A stretch of DNA of 64,000 bases. Source: an uncultured Chthonomonadaceae bacterium (GTDB taxonomy: Bacteria; Armatimonadota; Chthonomonadetes; Chthonomonadales; Chthonomonadaceae). Under the pieces are notes generated by a model. That model ran no database searches, was not told where the DNA came from, and worked only from the letters and a program-made list of their open reading frames with translations. The stretch is from contig CAWFQB010000006.1 of the NCBI GenBank assembly GCA_963817895.1, forward strand, positions 64,001-128,000. Direction: 5' to 3'. Position numbers and translations under genes: made by a program. Positions 29,194-40,938 of this stretch are shown here, piece after piece. Within the stretch, counting starts at the first letter, position 1. Each line of letters starts with the position of its first letter.

Positions 29194-32100
29194 TTAATCC
29201 ACGAAGTTGAATTCGTTGGTCATGAGCAGGGCTTGAATGTAGCGCTCCCAGTTGGACAGGGCGGCGGGAAGCGGGGGCGTGGGGCCGCTGAAGCCCTCCC
29301 GCGCGTTCCACGATTGCAGGGCAGGCGCGTTTGACGCCGCCAGTTTTGGGCCATCGGAGACGACGTGAATGGTCGGCATCCATGTAAAGCCGTCGAAACT
29401 CGGCTCTTTATTACAGTCTACGACAAAGTCCAGCATGTCGCCCTTCTGCACGATCACTTTGGCAACCGGCGTGGACACGCTGCTGTGAAACGCCGTCCAT
29501 GTTCCGACTTCACCGACGCGGCTGGAAACCACGCGCCCGCGCACTCCGTCGCCTTTGTCGGCTGGATGGTTTAAAGCGCCATCAATGGCGACAAAGCCGT
29601 TGACTGGCGATACCCACCGGCGAATGACCGTGTGCTGAATGTCGCCGCCCGGATGCCCGCCCTGCGCGTTCAGACTCAGGAATTGCAGTTTCGGGTCGGG
29701 GAAGGTCGCGCTGCCCTGCCACTGCTGGCCGGCATAATGCGCGAACGGCGCGAAGCCCACAACATGCCCGCTTTGCGCGTCGAAACCGCCCCATCCATAC
29801 TGCCAGGGCGACGCTTCCGCGGCTTCCGGCGCGCCCGCAAGCGGCTGATGCAGGAAGCTGACGCCCAATGCGATCTCATCTGCGGTCGGCATACGTCCGA
29901 ACACGCGGCGATACAGGTTCCGTATTCGCGCCGCCTCTTCTTTGGAAGCCGCAATCTGCGCGTCACCGGCAATCGCCTGCGCCTGCTGCACCACAAACGG
30001 GCTGTTCATCAAATAAAGCGCCTGCTGCGGCACACTGGTATTGATGCGCTGCGCCGCGCTCTGGTCCGGGCTGGCAAAGTCGAACGTGCGGTACAATCCC
30101 TGCAAGTTGTTGCGATTGATGTAGCCGTACAGCGTCCGGCGATTGGTGTACGGCATGGTTGTCAGTTCCACAGCCGGACCACCCAATGTGGTATCCAGTT
30201 TGCCGGACACGAACAGCAGGCTGTCGCGCAGGCTTTCCAGATCGAGCCGCTGCCGGTTCTGCCGCCACAGCAGGCGGTTTTCCGGGTCGGCGGTGAACGC
30301 CTGCTTCGCCACGGCGGGAGTCGCGTCGCTGCTCATCTGGTATGTGCTGGAAAGCAGAATGGCGCGATGCAGCTTTTTCACGGACCAGTTCTGCTCCATG
30401 AAGTTGTGGGATAGCCAATCGAGCAGTTCGGGGTGCGTGGGCTTTTCGCCGCGTATGCCGAAGTCGCTTGGGGTTCGCACGATCCCGTAAGCCCGAAGTG
30501 ATTCAGCCACACGCGATTGACGAAGACGCGCGCCGTCAGGGGATTGTCTATGCTGGTGATATACCGCGCCAGTTCCAGGCGTCCGCTGCCGGTCGGAGGC
30601 AGGGGTTTTTCGCCCGCTATGGAAAGGCACGTCAGGAAGCGGCGCGGAACCACGTCGCCCTGATTGTTGATGTTGCCCCGCACAAAGACGCGCTGCGGAT
30701 CGTTCTTGCCGTTGTCCTTCATCGCCATGCCGAAGTCGGGTTTAGGCGGAATATGCTTGTTCAGGTCGGTCATGGTGGCTTGCAGGGCCGTCACGCGATC
30801 CCTGCGCCGGACTTTCAAACAGGGGCGCAAGGGTGGCGTACTGTGGCGGCGTTGGCAGTTGATCCTCCCGCAGCGACTGCAGCGTGGCCTTTGCTTTGGC
30901 GGGAATGCTGTCGGGCGACTTCACCACCATTCCGCGCAAACGTCGTATCTGTTCGCGCGTCAGTTTATCGGTTTCCCCCTGCGCGGCATTGAGTTTTTGC
31001 TGATACTCCTCGTAGGGGCGCGACTGCTCGGCGGGCGAAACCGCAACCGTGTTTTCCGCCGTCCGGTCGAATACGCTGTACATCGCGTAGTAGTCTTTGT
31101 TGGAAATTGGATCGAATTTATGGTCGTGGCAGCGGGCGCAGGCAACCGTCAGGCCCATCAGGCCCCGGCTGGTCACGTCTATGCGGTCGTCGTTAATCAA
31201 CTGGTTGTCGTTGAGGAATCGGCGCCCAATCGTGATGAAGCCCATTGCGGCCTGCGCGGGCCGGTTTTCGGGGCAGGCAAGGTCAGCGGCCAGTTGCTGC
31301 GTCACAAACTGGTCGTAGGGCAGGTCGCTGTTGAACGCCCGCATCACGTAGTCGCGATACGTATAGGCGTTGTGGAAATCGGGGTCTTCCGTGAACACGT
31401 AGCCTTTGGTGTCGGCGTAGCGGGCCACGTCCAGCCAGTGCCGCGCCCATCGCTCGCCATAGCGCGGGCTGGCAAGCAGCCGATCCACCACTCTGACGAA
31501 GGCATCCGGGGACTTGTCAGCGGCGAAGGCGTCTATCTCTTCGGGCGTGGGCGGCAGGCCGGTCAGGTCGAAAGTGGCGCGGCGAATCAGCGTCCGGCGG
31601 TCGGCGGGCGGCGCGGGCTTCAAGCCTTTGGCTTCCAGTCTGGCAAGAATGAAACGGTCAATCGGAGATTTGCACCACGCCATATTCTTCACGGAGGGCA
31701 GGGCCGGGTTCTTGACGGGCTGAAACGACCAGAAACTCTTTTGCGCGTCGGATAAAACGTACTCGCCCTTCTGCGCCGCGCGCGCCGCGTCCGAAACTTT
31801 CGCGTTGGGCCAGGGAGCGCCCATTTTGACCCATTCCGTCAGCGTAGCGATCTCGTCATCCTTCAGTTTGCCGCTCGGCGGCATTTTCAGCGCGCCGGTA
31901 TAATGTATGGCAGTCAGCAAGCGGCTTTTTTCCACATTGCCGGGAACCAGAACGGGACCGCCGCCGCCACCCTTGAGCATGGCATCCAGCGAGTCAAGCC
32001 GCAAACCGCCCTGTTGCGCTTTGTCGGCATGGCAGGAGTAACAGCGATTGAACAGGAGGGGGCGCACATGCGTCTCAAAAAACTCTGTCTGCTGCGGCGT

Positions 32101-32250
32101 TACGGCAGGCGTTTGTATGCCGTTCGCAATGGGTTTGGGCGGTTCCGCCGCAATCGTAATCGAACCCGCGCCGAGCAGCGCAAGCCCGCCCGCAAGCAGC
32201 CCCAGTGTTTGCTTCCGCGTTGAATATCGAATGTTGCCGTTTTGCTTCAA
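29194..32250 (-). CDS. Planctomycete-type cytochrome c + DUF1549 + DUF1553 protein, frameshifted (~30490, ~30800)
   Basis: FFETHVRPLL..RCYSCH, MPP..KL, FWSFQP, YGERWARHWLD, CARCHDHKFDP, SGRLELA, THPELLDWL, E.LRDSLL. Confidence 0.9.
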
Positions 32251-32578
32251 ATTCCCGTCTCCTGCGTTTCTGAAAAGCGCGTTCCGACTTTGTGGCTGAA
32301 TGGCGTGTTGTGAACCAAAGAAAAGCGGTTCGACAGCGAACCGCTTTTATTGTACAATCTTTGCCTGTACTTTGCCTGTAGTTTTTAGTTCGACAGCGCA
32401 AAAGGAAATTTGTTGCGCGTTCCGGCAAACGGCGCAGCCGTTCAAAATGCGTCTTGCGCAAATTCCTGATTTCGGTCACAATAGAAGCAGACATAAGCGA
32501 TCCCGTCAAGGATAGCCGGGACGCGAACATAACTGAAACACCATTGATTTCAGGACGAGACAAGAAAGCAGCACACCA

Positions 32579-33608
32579 ATGATGGTACTGATGAACCAGG
32601 AAGCCACGCCCGACCAGGTAGAGGATGTCGTGGCGCGTATTGAAGACCACCACTTGCAGGCCCTCCGTCTGCCCGGCGACGAGCATACCGCTATCGGCGT
32701 TGCCAGCGCCATTCCGCCCGATGTCCGCGAACCGCTCACGGTTGCCCTTTCCGCTCTGCCCGGCGTGGACCACGTCGTACAGATCAGCCGCCCCTATAAA
32801 CTGGCGTCGCGCGAGTTTCACCGCGTGGACACGGTTATCAACATCAAGGGCGTATCAATCGGCGGCAACCGGTGCGTGATTATGGCCGGCCCGTGCAGCG
32901 TGGAGAATCGCGACCAGATTTTCGCGTCCGCCCGCGCGGTACAGGCTGCCGGCGCGAAAAGTGCTGCGCGGCGGCGCGTACAAACCCCGCACTTCGCCCT
33001 ACGCCTTTCAGGGTTTGGGCGTGGAGGGCCTGAAACTACTCAAGGAGGTCGGGGATGAACTCGGCATCCTGACGATTACCGAAGTAATGTCGCCCGAAGA
33101 CGTAGAGAAAGTGGCCGCGCATGTAGACATACTGCAAATCGGGGCGCGCAACATGCAGAACTATCCCCTTCTCATCGCGGCGGGGCGTTCCGGGCATCCC
33201 ACCCTGCTCAAGCGCGGGCCAAGCGCGTCCATTGACGAGTTTCTCTTAGCCGCCGAGTACCTGTTGCATCACGGCACGCAGGATGTGATGCTGTGCGAGC
33301 GCGGCGTCCATCCGCTCGACCGCGCGTATACTCGCAACACGCTCGACCTGAACGCGGTTCCCGTGTTGAAGCACATGTCGCACCTGCCCGTAATTGTAGA
33401 CCCGTCGCACGGCGTAGGCGTGTCGCGCTACGTTCCCGCCCTCAGTCGCGCCGCGATTGCAGCGGGAGCCGATGGCCTGATAGTGGAAGTCCATCCCTGC
33501 CCGCAGCAAGCCCTGTCTGACGGCGCGCAATCCCTCACGCCCGAACAGTTCCGCGCCACCATGCAGGAGGTCGAAAAAATCGCGCAGGCCATCGGACGCA
33601 GTTTGTAA
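32579..33608 (+). CDS. aroF: DAHP synthase class I-beta with N-terminal regulatory domain (frameshift ~32960)
   Basis: [54 protein letters not shown]. Confidence 0.92.
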
Positions 33609-33676
33609 ACCGTTCGTCTCAACATCATGCCCCTGCCGCAACATGCGCAGGGGCGTTCCTACATTTGGTACTCGCA

Positions 33677-34078
33677 TCACCGAATGAAGCGAATGGGTAC
33701 TATGCCCAACGGAACAAGCCGGTCGAATTCGTGATGATCGCTTGTCACTATTTCGCCGCCTAGCTTCTGTGCAAGCGCAATTCCAAAACAATCTGCAAGG
33801 GAAATACTTCCACGGGCTTTCAGCCCACCTACACGTCTCCAAAACTCCCGGCTCATGTCTCGACGCTCAACCACACCATCATCGTACAGGCTCTGAATAG
33901 TACGGCGAGCCGTGCGTTCGTCTGTCGCTCTTAGCGAGTCATAGTAGACTTCACACAAGTTGATGGAGTGAGCGTAGCAAGTTGCATTTGCGTCTCTAAG
34001 CATAGATCTAACTATATCCTCACCCGGCTCACCTGTGAGGTAGGCTACCATTGCGGAAGCATCCAAAAACATGGACAT
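33677..34078 (-). CDS. vapC: VapC-family PIN domain toxin
   Basis: FLDASAMVAYL.GEPG, NLCEVYY, SLADC..IALA, IVTSD. Confidence 0.9.
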   Translation of the reverse strand: MSMFLDASAMVAYLTGEPGEDIVRSMLRDANATCYAHSINLCEVYYDSLRATDERTARRTIQSLYDDGVVERRDMSREFWRRVGGLKARGSISLADCFGIALAQKLGGEIVTSDHHEFDRLVPLGIVPIRFIR

Positions 34079-35470
34079 TCATTTTATTGGCTCATCTTCC
34101 TTAATCGTTTCTTCGTGTTTGCGACGCAGATATTCTTCGCTGCTCAACTTGCCAGCGAGCATACCTCGTCCCTTCAGTTGTTTATGGACTAATCAGTTAA
34201 ACATGGTACATAGCACTGGAAAGTTGTGCTGTTCCAGAAGCGAGCAAGGAAATTCTGCTGTCTTCAAGTAGGTTTCGAACTCTTCGGCTAAAACGGCAAG
34301 CGTCGCACATTGATGATTGTGTCCGACCGCTTCTCGCGCGGCTTTCCAGACATGTTCCTGCGGGTTCAACTCCGGGCAACCCGGCGGAAACCACAGGACT
34401 TCCAAGCGCGGGTTGGCTTCCAGAACCGCCTGACCGCTTCGCCTTTGTGCCAGGGAGCGCGATCCCATAAGAGCAGCAAGAGGCAAGTTCGGGTAGGCGT
34501 CGAGCAAGGTTTGCAAGAACAAGGCCGATACCTCGCTGTTCATCAAGGCGGAGCGCAGCAGGGTTTCCTTGCCGGTTGCCAGGTTGAGCGCTCCATAGAA
34601 GTGCGTGTTGTCCCGACTGGCGCTCACGCGCACAACCGGCGTGTGGCCTTTCTTGGCCCACACGCGCATCAAGGTGGCTTGCAAGTACGCGCTGGCTTCG
34701 TCGCCCGCCAGTAAGATCGTGTTGGGCGCGTTTAACGCCACATCGAGGATTTTTTTTCCAGTTGTTCCTCGAACTCCATGAGCTTGAGTCGCATTATGGC
34801 TCTTATACTGCTTGTCAGGACGCTGGTAACTCATTTCGCACTTGGCAAGCAGGGTGCGTAAGGAAGTCTGGCTCTGGTATACAACGTCTGGTAGTCGCGG
34901 GCTAAAAGCGGTGCCAAGTCGGGGACACTCCAGAACTGCCCGTCCCCCTGGCATTTTTCCTTGCCTAACAACTGAGTGGGCGTGTAGCGATGCAACTGGT
35001 TCTGCAAGGCTTCGAGTTGTTCGCCCGAAAGACGGGCGCGGTTGCCGCCTCGTCGGGCATCTACGAGCGCAGTCAGACCGTGTTCTTGATAGGCGCGTGT
35101 CCAGCAGAATCAGGCGGGTACGGCTACAGCCACAGATGTCTTGGATTTCGGCGACAGAGTAGCCCAAGCCATACAGACGAACAGCTTGGTAGCGGATTTT
35201 GGTGTTAGCATCCTTGCAATGCAGGTATGCCGCGTTCAAGCGCATTGGCGTCGGCTTCATTGAGGTGAAAAGTTCGTTGGCTCATACCTCAGTGTACCAT
35301 GTTTAACTGATTTGTCCATTAGTTTGTTTTTGTTGCGTCGGAGCTACTCCATTTTGCGCAGGCAGTATTAAGTCAGGGTTGATGTACACGCGCAAGCGTT
35401 GCCCGGACAGTTCCGCCTCGTGCTGCTTGATCTCTTCCCATGTGCCTTCGAGCATCTGTGGCAATGCCAT
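34079..35470 (-). pseudogene. 84-aa putative antitoxin split by IS630
   Basis: Removing 34185-35319 plus one TA restores an in-frame ORF MALPQMLEGTWEEI...QQKQT-KQLKGRGMLAGKLSSEEYLRRKHEE...IK* whose TGA abuts the vapC ATG. Confidence 0.85.
34185..35319 (-). mobile_element. IS630-family insertion sequence
   Basis: TIRs TGGAC(T/A)AATCAGTTAAACATGGTACA, TA duplication (34183-84 and 35320-21), DDE motifs GDEA and PELNPQEHVW, A8 run at 34750-34757; transposase ~35285-34193 with additional indels. Confidence 0.92.
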
Positions 35471-35592
35471 ATCACGCCTCCTATTTCCAAGCGAATTCTC
35501 TGCTGCATTATAGCATGAGAATGTTTTCCACACAAAGGAGGAATCTCCTGCGTCCGCGTGGAAGGTAGTCGCCGATTGTTCGCCTGTCGGCG

Positions 35593-35621
35593 TAGACAGA
35601 ATGGCGTGTCCGTGCTATAAT
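35593..35621 (+). promoter_or_regulatory. Sigma70-type promoter of the sugar ABC operon
   Basis: TAGACA-17-TATAAT with extended -10 TG. Confidence 0.6.
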
Positions 35622-35796
35622 CTTCGTGATTACCTGCGCCTACGCCGTCCGGCGGTCATCGCGTCTGCGTTTCGACTCAAACTGTCTCATTGTGACTGTT
35701 ACTTCAGATTTCCAACCCATCCTCGCGAACACCGCTGAGGATGGTTCTTCCTGTAACACTACCTACTGCATCTGCTTTGCAAAAGGAGGCGCTTCG

Positions 35797-37218
35797 GTGC
35801 GTAAAATGAATGGCATTGTGGCCGCATCACTGCTCGGACTGACGGCACTGAGCGGACTGACCCTCGCCGGATGTGGCGGAAACACCAACAACGATACCTC
35901 TACCACAACTCCCACACCTACGGGAACACCCGGCAAAACAGCCACCGCGCCAACCGGAAGTGGCGGCAAACTGACTATCGCGTGGGCGCAGTGGAAACCC
36001 TCGGACTATCTGGAAACCCTGAGCCAGGACTACACCAAAGAAACCGGCACAACCGTAGACGTGAAACAGATTCCCTGGCCGGACTTCCAGAACAAAATTC
36101 AGACGGAAGTGTGGAGCGGAAAAAGCGACGCCTACGACCTGATTGTCGGCGACAGCCAGTGGCTCGGACGGGGCGCAACCGAAAAGCACTATACCGATCT
36201 GTCGGATTGGGCCAAAACCAACGTGCCGTGGGCTGAAATCTCCCCCTCCGCCAAACAGTTCTACTGCGATTACGAGGGCAAAACATACGCCGTGCCGTGT
36301 GAAGCGGACGCCATCGGGTTCGCGTACCGCAAAGACCTGTTTGAGGACGCCAAAAACAAAACCGACTTTCAGGCCAAATACAAGCATGAACTCGCGCCCC
36401 CGAAAACATGGGCGGAACTGCGCGATGTGGCCGAATTCTTCACGCGCATGGACCCGACAACCGGCAAGCAGATGTACGGCCTGGCCCCCTTTTATGCGGG
36501 CGGCGGCGGCTATGACGGCATTACGATGGGATTTGATGAGGTGCTGTGGTGCTACGGCGGCGACTTGAACGACGGCAAAGGCAAAGTGGACGGCGTGTTG
36601 AACTCCTCCACTGCCGTAGACGCGCTGAAATTCTATACGCAGGAACTGAAGAAGTTCACCCCGCCCGGTTCCGAGAAGTTCTACTTCAACGAGACGCTGC
36701 AAGCCTTCAAAGCCGGACAGGTCGCGATGGCCGAAGACTGGTACACCTTCTTTCCCGGCCTGACCAATGAAGAAGAGAATACCCTTGCCAAAAAAACCGG
36801 ATTCTTCGTATCTCCCGGCGGTCCGAACAACAAGCATTTCATCAGCCTGGGCGGTCAGGGTCTGTCCGTGTCCGCGTACTCCAAAAATCAGGACGAGGCC
36901 AAAAAGTTTCTCGCCTGGTTCAGCAAAAAAGAGACGCAGCAGAAATGGGCCAAACTGGGCGGTTTGACCAGCAACATCGAAGTGCTGAAAACGCCCGAAT
37001 TCCAGCAGGCCGCGCCCTTCAACACGGCCTTTGCCGACAGCGTTCCGTACCTGAAGGACTTCTACAACAATCCCAAATACGCGGAACTGCTCAACGAAAC
37101 CCAGACGCACTGGAACTCTGTTGTCACGGGCGGCGAAACCCCGCAAGTGGCTATGGACGCCATCGTCAAAAAGCATACCGAGACGCTGAAAAGCCTCTCG
37201 ACCGCAGCAACGCAGTAA
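35797..37218 (+). CDS. Carbohydrate ABC transporter substrate-binding lipoprotein
   Basis: AAGGAGG RBS, lipobox LAGC, YDLIVGDSQW, YRKDLF, PPKTWAEL, GGQGLSV. Confidence 0.92.
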   Translation: MRKMNGIVAASLLGLTALSGLTLAGCGGNTNNDTSTTTPTPTGTPGKTATAPTGSGGKLTIAWAQWKPSDYLETLSQDYTKETGTTVDVKQIPWPDFQNKIQTEVWSGKSDAYDLIVGDSQWLGRGATEKHYTDLSDWAKTNVPWAEISPSAKQFYCDYEGKTYAVPCEADAIGFAYRKDLFEDAKNKTDFQAKYKHELAPPKTWAELRDVAEFFTRMDPTTGKQMYGLAPFYAGGGGYDGITMGFDEVLWCYGGDLNDGKGKVDGVLNSSTAVDALKFYTQELKKFTPPGSEKFYFNETLQAFKAGQVAMAEDWYTFFPGLTNEEENTLAKKTGFFVSPGGPNNKHFISLGGQGLSVSAYSKNQDEAKKFLAWFSKKETQQKWAKLGGLTSNIEVLKTPEFQQAAPFNTAFADSVPYLKDFYNNPKYAELLNETQTHWNSVVTGGETPQVAMDAIVKKHTETLKSLSTAATQ

Positions 37219-37221
37219 GGA

Positions 37222-37285
37222 AATGATGAATATTGAGTGATGAATGATGAACGAAGACGCTGTTCTTTACTCATCACTCATCACT
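37222..37285. repeat. Inverted heptamer element (A(A/G)TGATG)n / (TCACTCA)n
   Basis: 4 left units, spacer, 2-3 right units between the SBP and permease genes. Confidence 0.8.
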
Positions 37286-37299
37286 TTTAAGGAATTAGC

Positions 37300-39365
37300 T
37301 TGGATACACCCCTCCAACGAACGCAACTGCAAACCAAGACCCCGAAACGCGGCCTCTCAGATCGCAGCGTGGCGAACCTGTTTTTGATGCCCACCGTCCT
37401 CCTGCTAATTGCGATGAACGTTTTCCCTCTGTTCTGGTCGTTGATTCTGTCGTTTTGCAACTATACCGACACGGCGAGCAAGCCCGCGCAATGGGTAGGG
37501 GGAACGAACTACACGCGCCTGCTTACGGACAGGGACATCTGGAACAACTTCATTGTCACAGCGCGGTTTACCCTGTTCGCGGTCGGAGCGCAATTGCTTG
37601 TCGGCTTCGGCATGGCGCTATTGCTCAACCGAACCTTCAAAGCCAAAGGCATCCTCACCACGCTGATTCTGCTGCCCATGATGCTGTCGCCGGTTATTGT
37701 CGGCAAGTTCTGGTACTACCTGCTGGACGCCAATTTCGGGGTCGTGAACTGGCTGCTGCAACTGCTGCATCTGCAAAACCCGGCCAATCCCCTTGTGTGG
37801 ACAACCAGTTCCGACAACGCCATCTGGTCATTAGTTCTCGTGGATACGTGGATGTGGTCGCCGTTTGTGATGCTGATTTCCCTCGCGGGTTTGAACGCGG
37901 TTCCGCCCCATTTATACGAAGCGGCGGAAGTGGATCGCGCGTCCACATGGTTCAAATTCCGCTACATCACGATTCCAATGGTCGCGCCGATTGTCATGAT
38001 CGCCCTGCTGTTCCGCACCATTGACTGCTTCAAGATATTCGATCTCGTCTACGCGCTCACGGGCGGCGGGCCGGGCAACATGACCAAAACCGTCTCGTTC
38101 AGCCTGTACCAGAAAGCGTTCGACTATCACTACACAGGCATCTCCTGCGCCCTCGCGTATATCATTCTGCTCATCATCATCGGACTGGCGAACCTGTTCA
38201 TCAAGTACATGGCGAAGGTCGAGGCGAAAACATTCCCGATGCGAGTGGCCTGTTCACCTATTATGCTGACCGCGCGCGCGAAAAAAATCTACCGTATCTG
38301 GCAAAACTGCTGGAACAGCCTGCTTACATACTCGGCGCGCTAATCGTGTTGTTATTGCTGCCGCAGTCCATTCTTATCGCGCATTGGATTCGTGAACACA
38401 TTTTGCCCATTATCGGCGCGGGTGTTGCAGTCGTGGTTATATGGAATATGACGCGACTGCCGCAGGGAATCCGAACCGGGTTAGCCTATTGCGCGATTGG
38501 CGTGGCGACCGTAGCCTATCTGCTGCCGATTTATATGATCTTCGTGACGAGCCTGAAACCGCCCACGCAGATATTCACCGCGCCGCCCAAACTGATTCCT
38601 GCGCATATCTACGTTCGAGGTGAACAGCCCTCCTCCGACACGCGATTCGGCGTCACTCTGCGCAATTATGACGCGCTGATTTACAAGCATCAAAGCAACG
38701 ACAGTACCAAAGCCGTCATCGGCTACAAGGATTTCCCCACACAGATTCGCAACAGCCTGTTCGTTGGTATTGTCAGTACCCTTCTGGCTGTTGCGCTCGG
38801 CACGATGTCGGCGTATGCGTTTGCGAGATTTCGCGTCAAGGGCAAGGGCGACCTGCTGTTTTTCGTTCTCAGTACCCGTATGCTGCCCGCGATAGCCGTC
38901 GTGATTCCCATTTTCCTGATGTTCAAAACCATTGGGTTGTTCAACACGCTTCCGGGCTTGATTATCCTGTATACTGTGTTCAATCTATCGTTCTCAACGT
39001 ACCTGCTGAAAGGCTTTTTCGACGACATTCCGCACGAATACGACGACGCGGCCCTGCTCGACGGCTATTCCCGGCTGCGAACATTCTGGAAAATATCCCT
39101 CCCGCAGGCTCTCACCGGCATCGCGGTCACAGCCGTCTTCTGCTTTATTACAGCCTGGAACGAGTTCGCGTTCGCGCAGGTGCTATCGGGCGTCCCGTCT
39201 CTCACCGCCCCGCCCTCCATCATCGGCCTGACCGGTCCCGGCGGGCTGGACTACGGCCAAATTGCAGCGGGCGCAATGCTTTTCCTGATACCCGTCACCC
39301 TGTTCACCTTCCTCATGCGCAAGCACCTGCTGCGCGGCGTCACTTTTGGAGCAATCAAGAAGTAG
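37300..39365 (+). CDS. Carbohydrate ABC permeases (MalF-like + MalG-like), probably one fused gene split by a 1-nt indel near 38219
   Basis: EAA loops LYEAAEVD and YDDAALLDG; the second frame is open from before 38220 with no start codon or RBS ahead of 38346. Confidence 0.85.
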
Positions 39366-39467
39366 GTTGTTAGGTTGTTAGGTTGTTAGGTCATTAGGTT
39401 TAGGAATCTGCTCTTCCTCGACCTTAACCTAACAACCTAACAACCTAACAACCTAACAACCTAACCC
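39363..39467. repeat. Inverted octamer element (TAGGTTGT)n / (ACAACCTA)n
   Basis: 3 perfect plus 1-2 degenerate left units, spacer, 4-5 right units; fills the permease-ATPase gap. Confidence 0.9.
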
Positions 39468-40556
39468 ATGGCTACCGTACATGTTCGTAATTTACTGAAA
39501 AAATTCGACCAGAATATCGCTATCAACAACACATCGCTGGACATTGACGATGGCATGTTCATGGTCTTCCTCGGGCCTTCGGGCTGCGGCAAAACCACCA
39601 CTCTGCGCTGCATCGCGGGGCTTGAAATCCCCGACGGCGGGCAGATTCTCATTGATGGCGAGGATGTTACCAAACTGCCGCCTTCGCAGCGCGACATTGC
39701 GATGGTGTTTCAGCAGTATGCCATTTATCCGCACATGACCGTTGCGGAAAATCTGGCGTTTCCGCTCAAAGCCGTAAAAACACCCCCCAACATCATTGCG
39801 GAACGGGTTCAGGAAGCGGCTAAAACGCTGCACATCGAACGGCTGCTCAGTCGCAAACCCGGTAAACTATCGGGCGGCGAAATGCAGCGCGTCGCCATTG
39901 GACGCGCCATTGTGCGCCGTCCCAAAGTGTTCCTGATGGACGAGCCGCTTTCCAACCTCGACGCGAAACTGCGTACGGAGATGCGGGCGGAAATCAAGCG
40001 GCTGCAAACCGATCTGAACGCCACAACTATCTATGTCACGCACGATCAGTTGGAAGCCCTGAGCATGGCAGACAAAATCGCCATTATGTACGGCGGTTTT
40101 TTGCAGCAGGTAGGCTCGCCCTCCGATGTGTACGACCGTCCCGCCAACCTGTTTGTCGCCGGATTCATCGGTTCGCCCGCCATGAACTTAGTGCCGTGTC
40201 AGATCGCCCCGGACCGCAGCGCGTTGCTATTGGATGGCGACATAACCCTGCCCATTCAGGACGGCGCGAAAGCCCGCTTCGCCAACGCGCCCACAGGCAA
40301 GCCGCTGATCTTAGGCGTTCGTCCCGAAGACATTGCCCTCCGCCGCGATGCGCAATCCGAATTCACGCCGAGCGAAGTGTACGTCGTCGAACCGCTCGGC
40401 TCGGAAAACATCATTGACGCCCGCCTTGCCGGCAACATTTTCAAAATACGGATGCCCCCCACCTTCATGTCGCGCATCGGGGAAATCCTGCACATGCGTA
40501 TAGACCACAGCCGCGCCCACCTGTTCGATCAGGAGACGACGATGGCGCTCACGTAG
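39468..40556 (+). CDS. Carbohydrate ABC transporter ATPase (MalK/UgpC family)
   Basis: GPSGCGKT, LSGGE.QRVA, MDEPLSNLD, YVTHDQ, C-terminal TOBE domain. Confidence 0.95.
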   Translation: MATVHVRNLLKKFDQNIAINNTSLDIDDGMFMVFLGPSGCGKTTTLRCIAGLEIPDGGQILIDGEDVTKLPPSQRDIAMVFQQYAIYPHMTVAENLAFPLKAVKTPPNIIAERVQEAAKTLHIERLLSRKPGKLSGGEMQRVAIGRAIVRRPKVFLMDEPLSNLDAKLRTEMRAEIKRLQTDLNATTIYVTHDQLEALSMADKIAIMYGGFLQQVGSPSDVYDRPANLFVAGFIGSPAMNLVPCQIAPDRSALLLDGDITLPIQDGAKARFANAPTGKPLILGVRPEDIALRRDAQSEFTPSEVYVVEPLGSENIIDARLAGNIFKIRMPPTFMSRIGEILHMRIDHSRAHLFDQETTMALT

Positions 40557-40642
40557 GGAGTAGGGAGTAGGGAGTAGGGAGTAGGAAAGCATTGTTCAAC
40601 TCGTGCATTGGCCTACTCCCTACAACCTACTCCCTACTCCCT
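40554..40642. repeat. Inverted heptamer element (TAGGGAG)n / (CTACTCC)n
   Basis: TAGGGAG x4 starting at the ATPase stop codon, spacer, CCTACTC-type units x3-4. Confidence 0.9.
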
Positions 40643-40653
40643 GGAGAGTTCTC

Positions 40654-40914
40654 ATGCTTTCAGGACGTTTTGCTCAGGCGATGGAGATGCTTGCCATCAG
40701 CCTGATTGTGCTGGGGATTGTCGCGCTGTGCCAGAGCGCGTGGTTCGGGCTGTACTCGCAGGGGTTCAAAATCCTCGTGGCGGGCTGGCTCGGCATGAAC
40801 ATCTGGTCGCACCGCCGCGCCGTTCGTCCGAAAGTGGAACAGGGCAACCCGCAAATTACCATTGACGGTCACGCGCCTCTGGAAGTGACGTATACACCCG
40901 TTCGGGAGAGATAA
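40654..40914 (+). CDS. Small two-TM protein at the end of the sugar ABC operon
   Basis: GGAG RBS, two hydrophobic helices. Confidence 0.65.
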   Translation: MLSGRFAQAMEMLAISLIVLGIVALCQSAWFGLYSQGFKILVAGWLGMNIWSHRRAVRPKVEQGNPQITIDGHAPLEVTYTPVRER

Positions 40915-40938
40915 ACCTCTTCTTCACTACCAGACACC

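Noticed and set aside
39363..40642. CRISPR array interpretation of the tandem repeats
   Set aside because: Units are 7-8 bp without unique spacers between units, and there are no cas genes.
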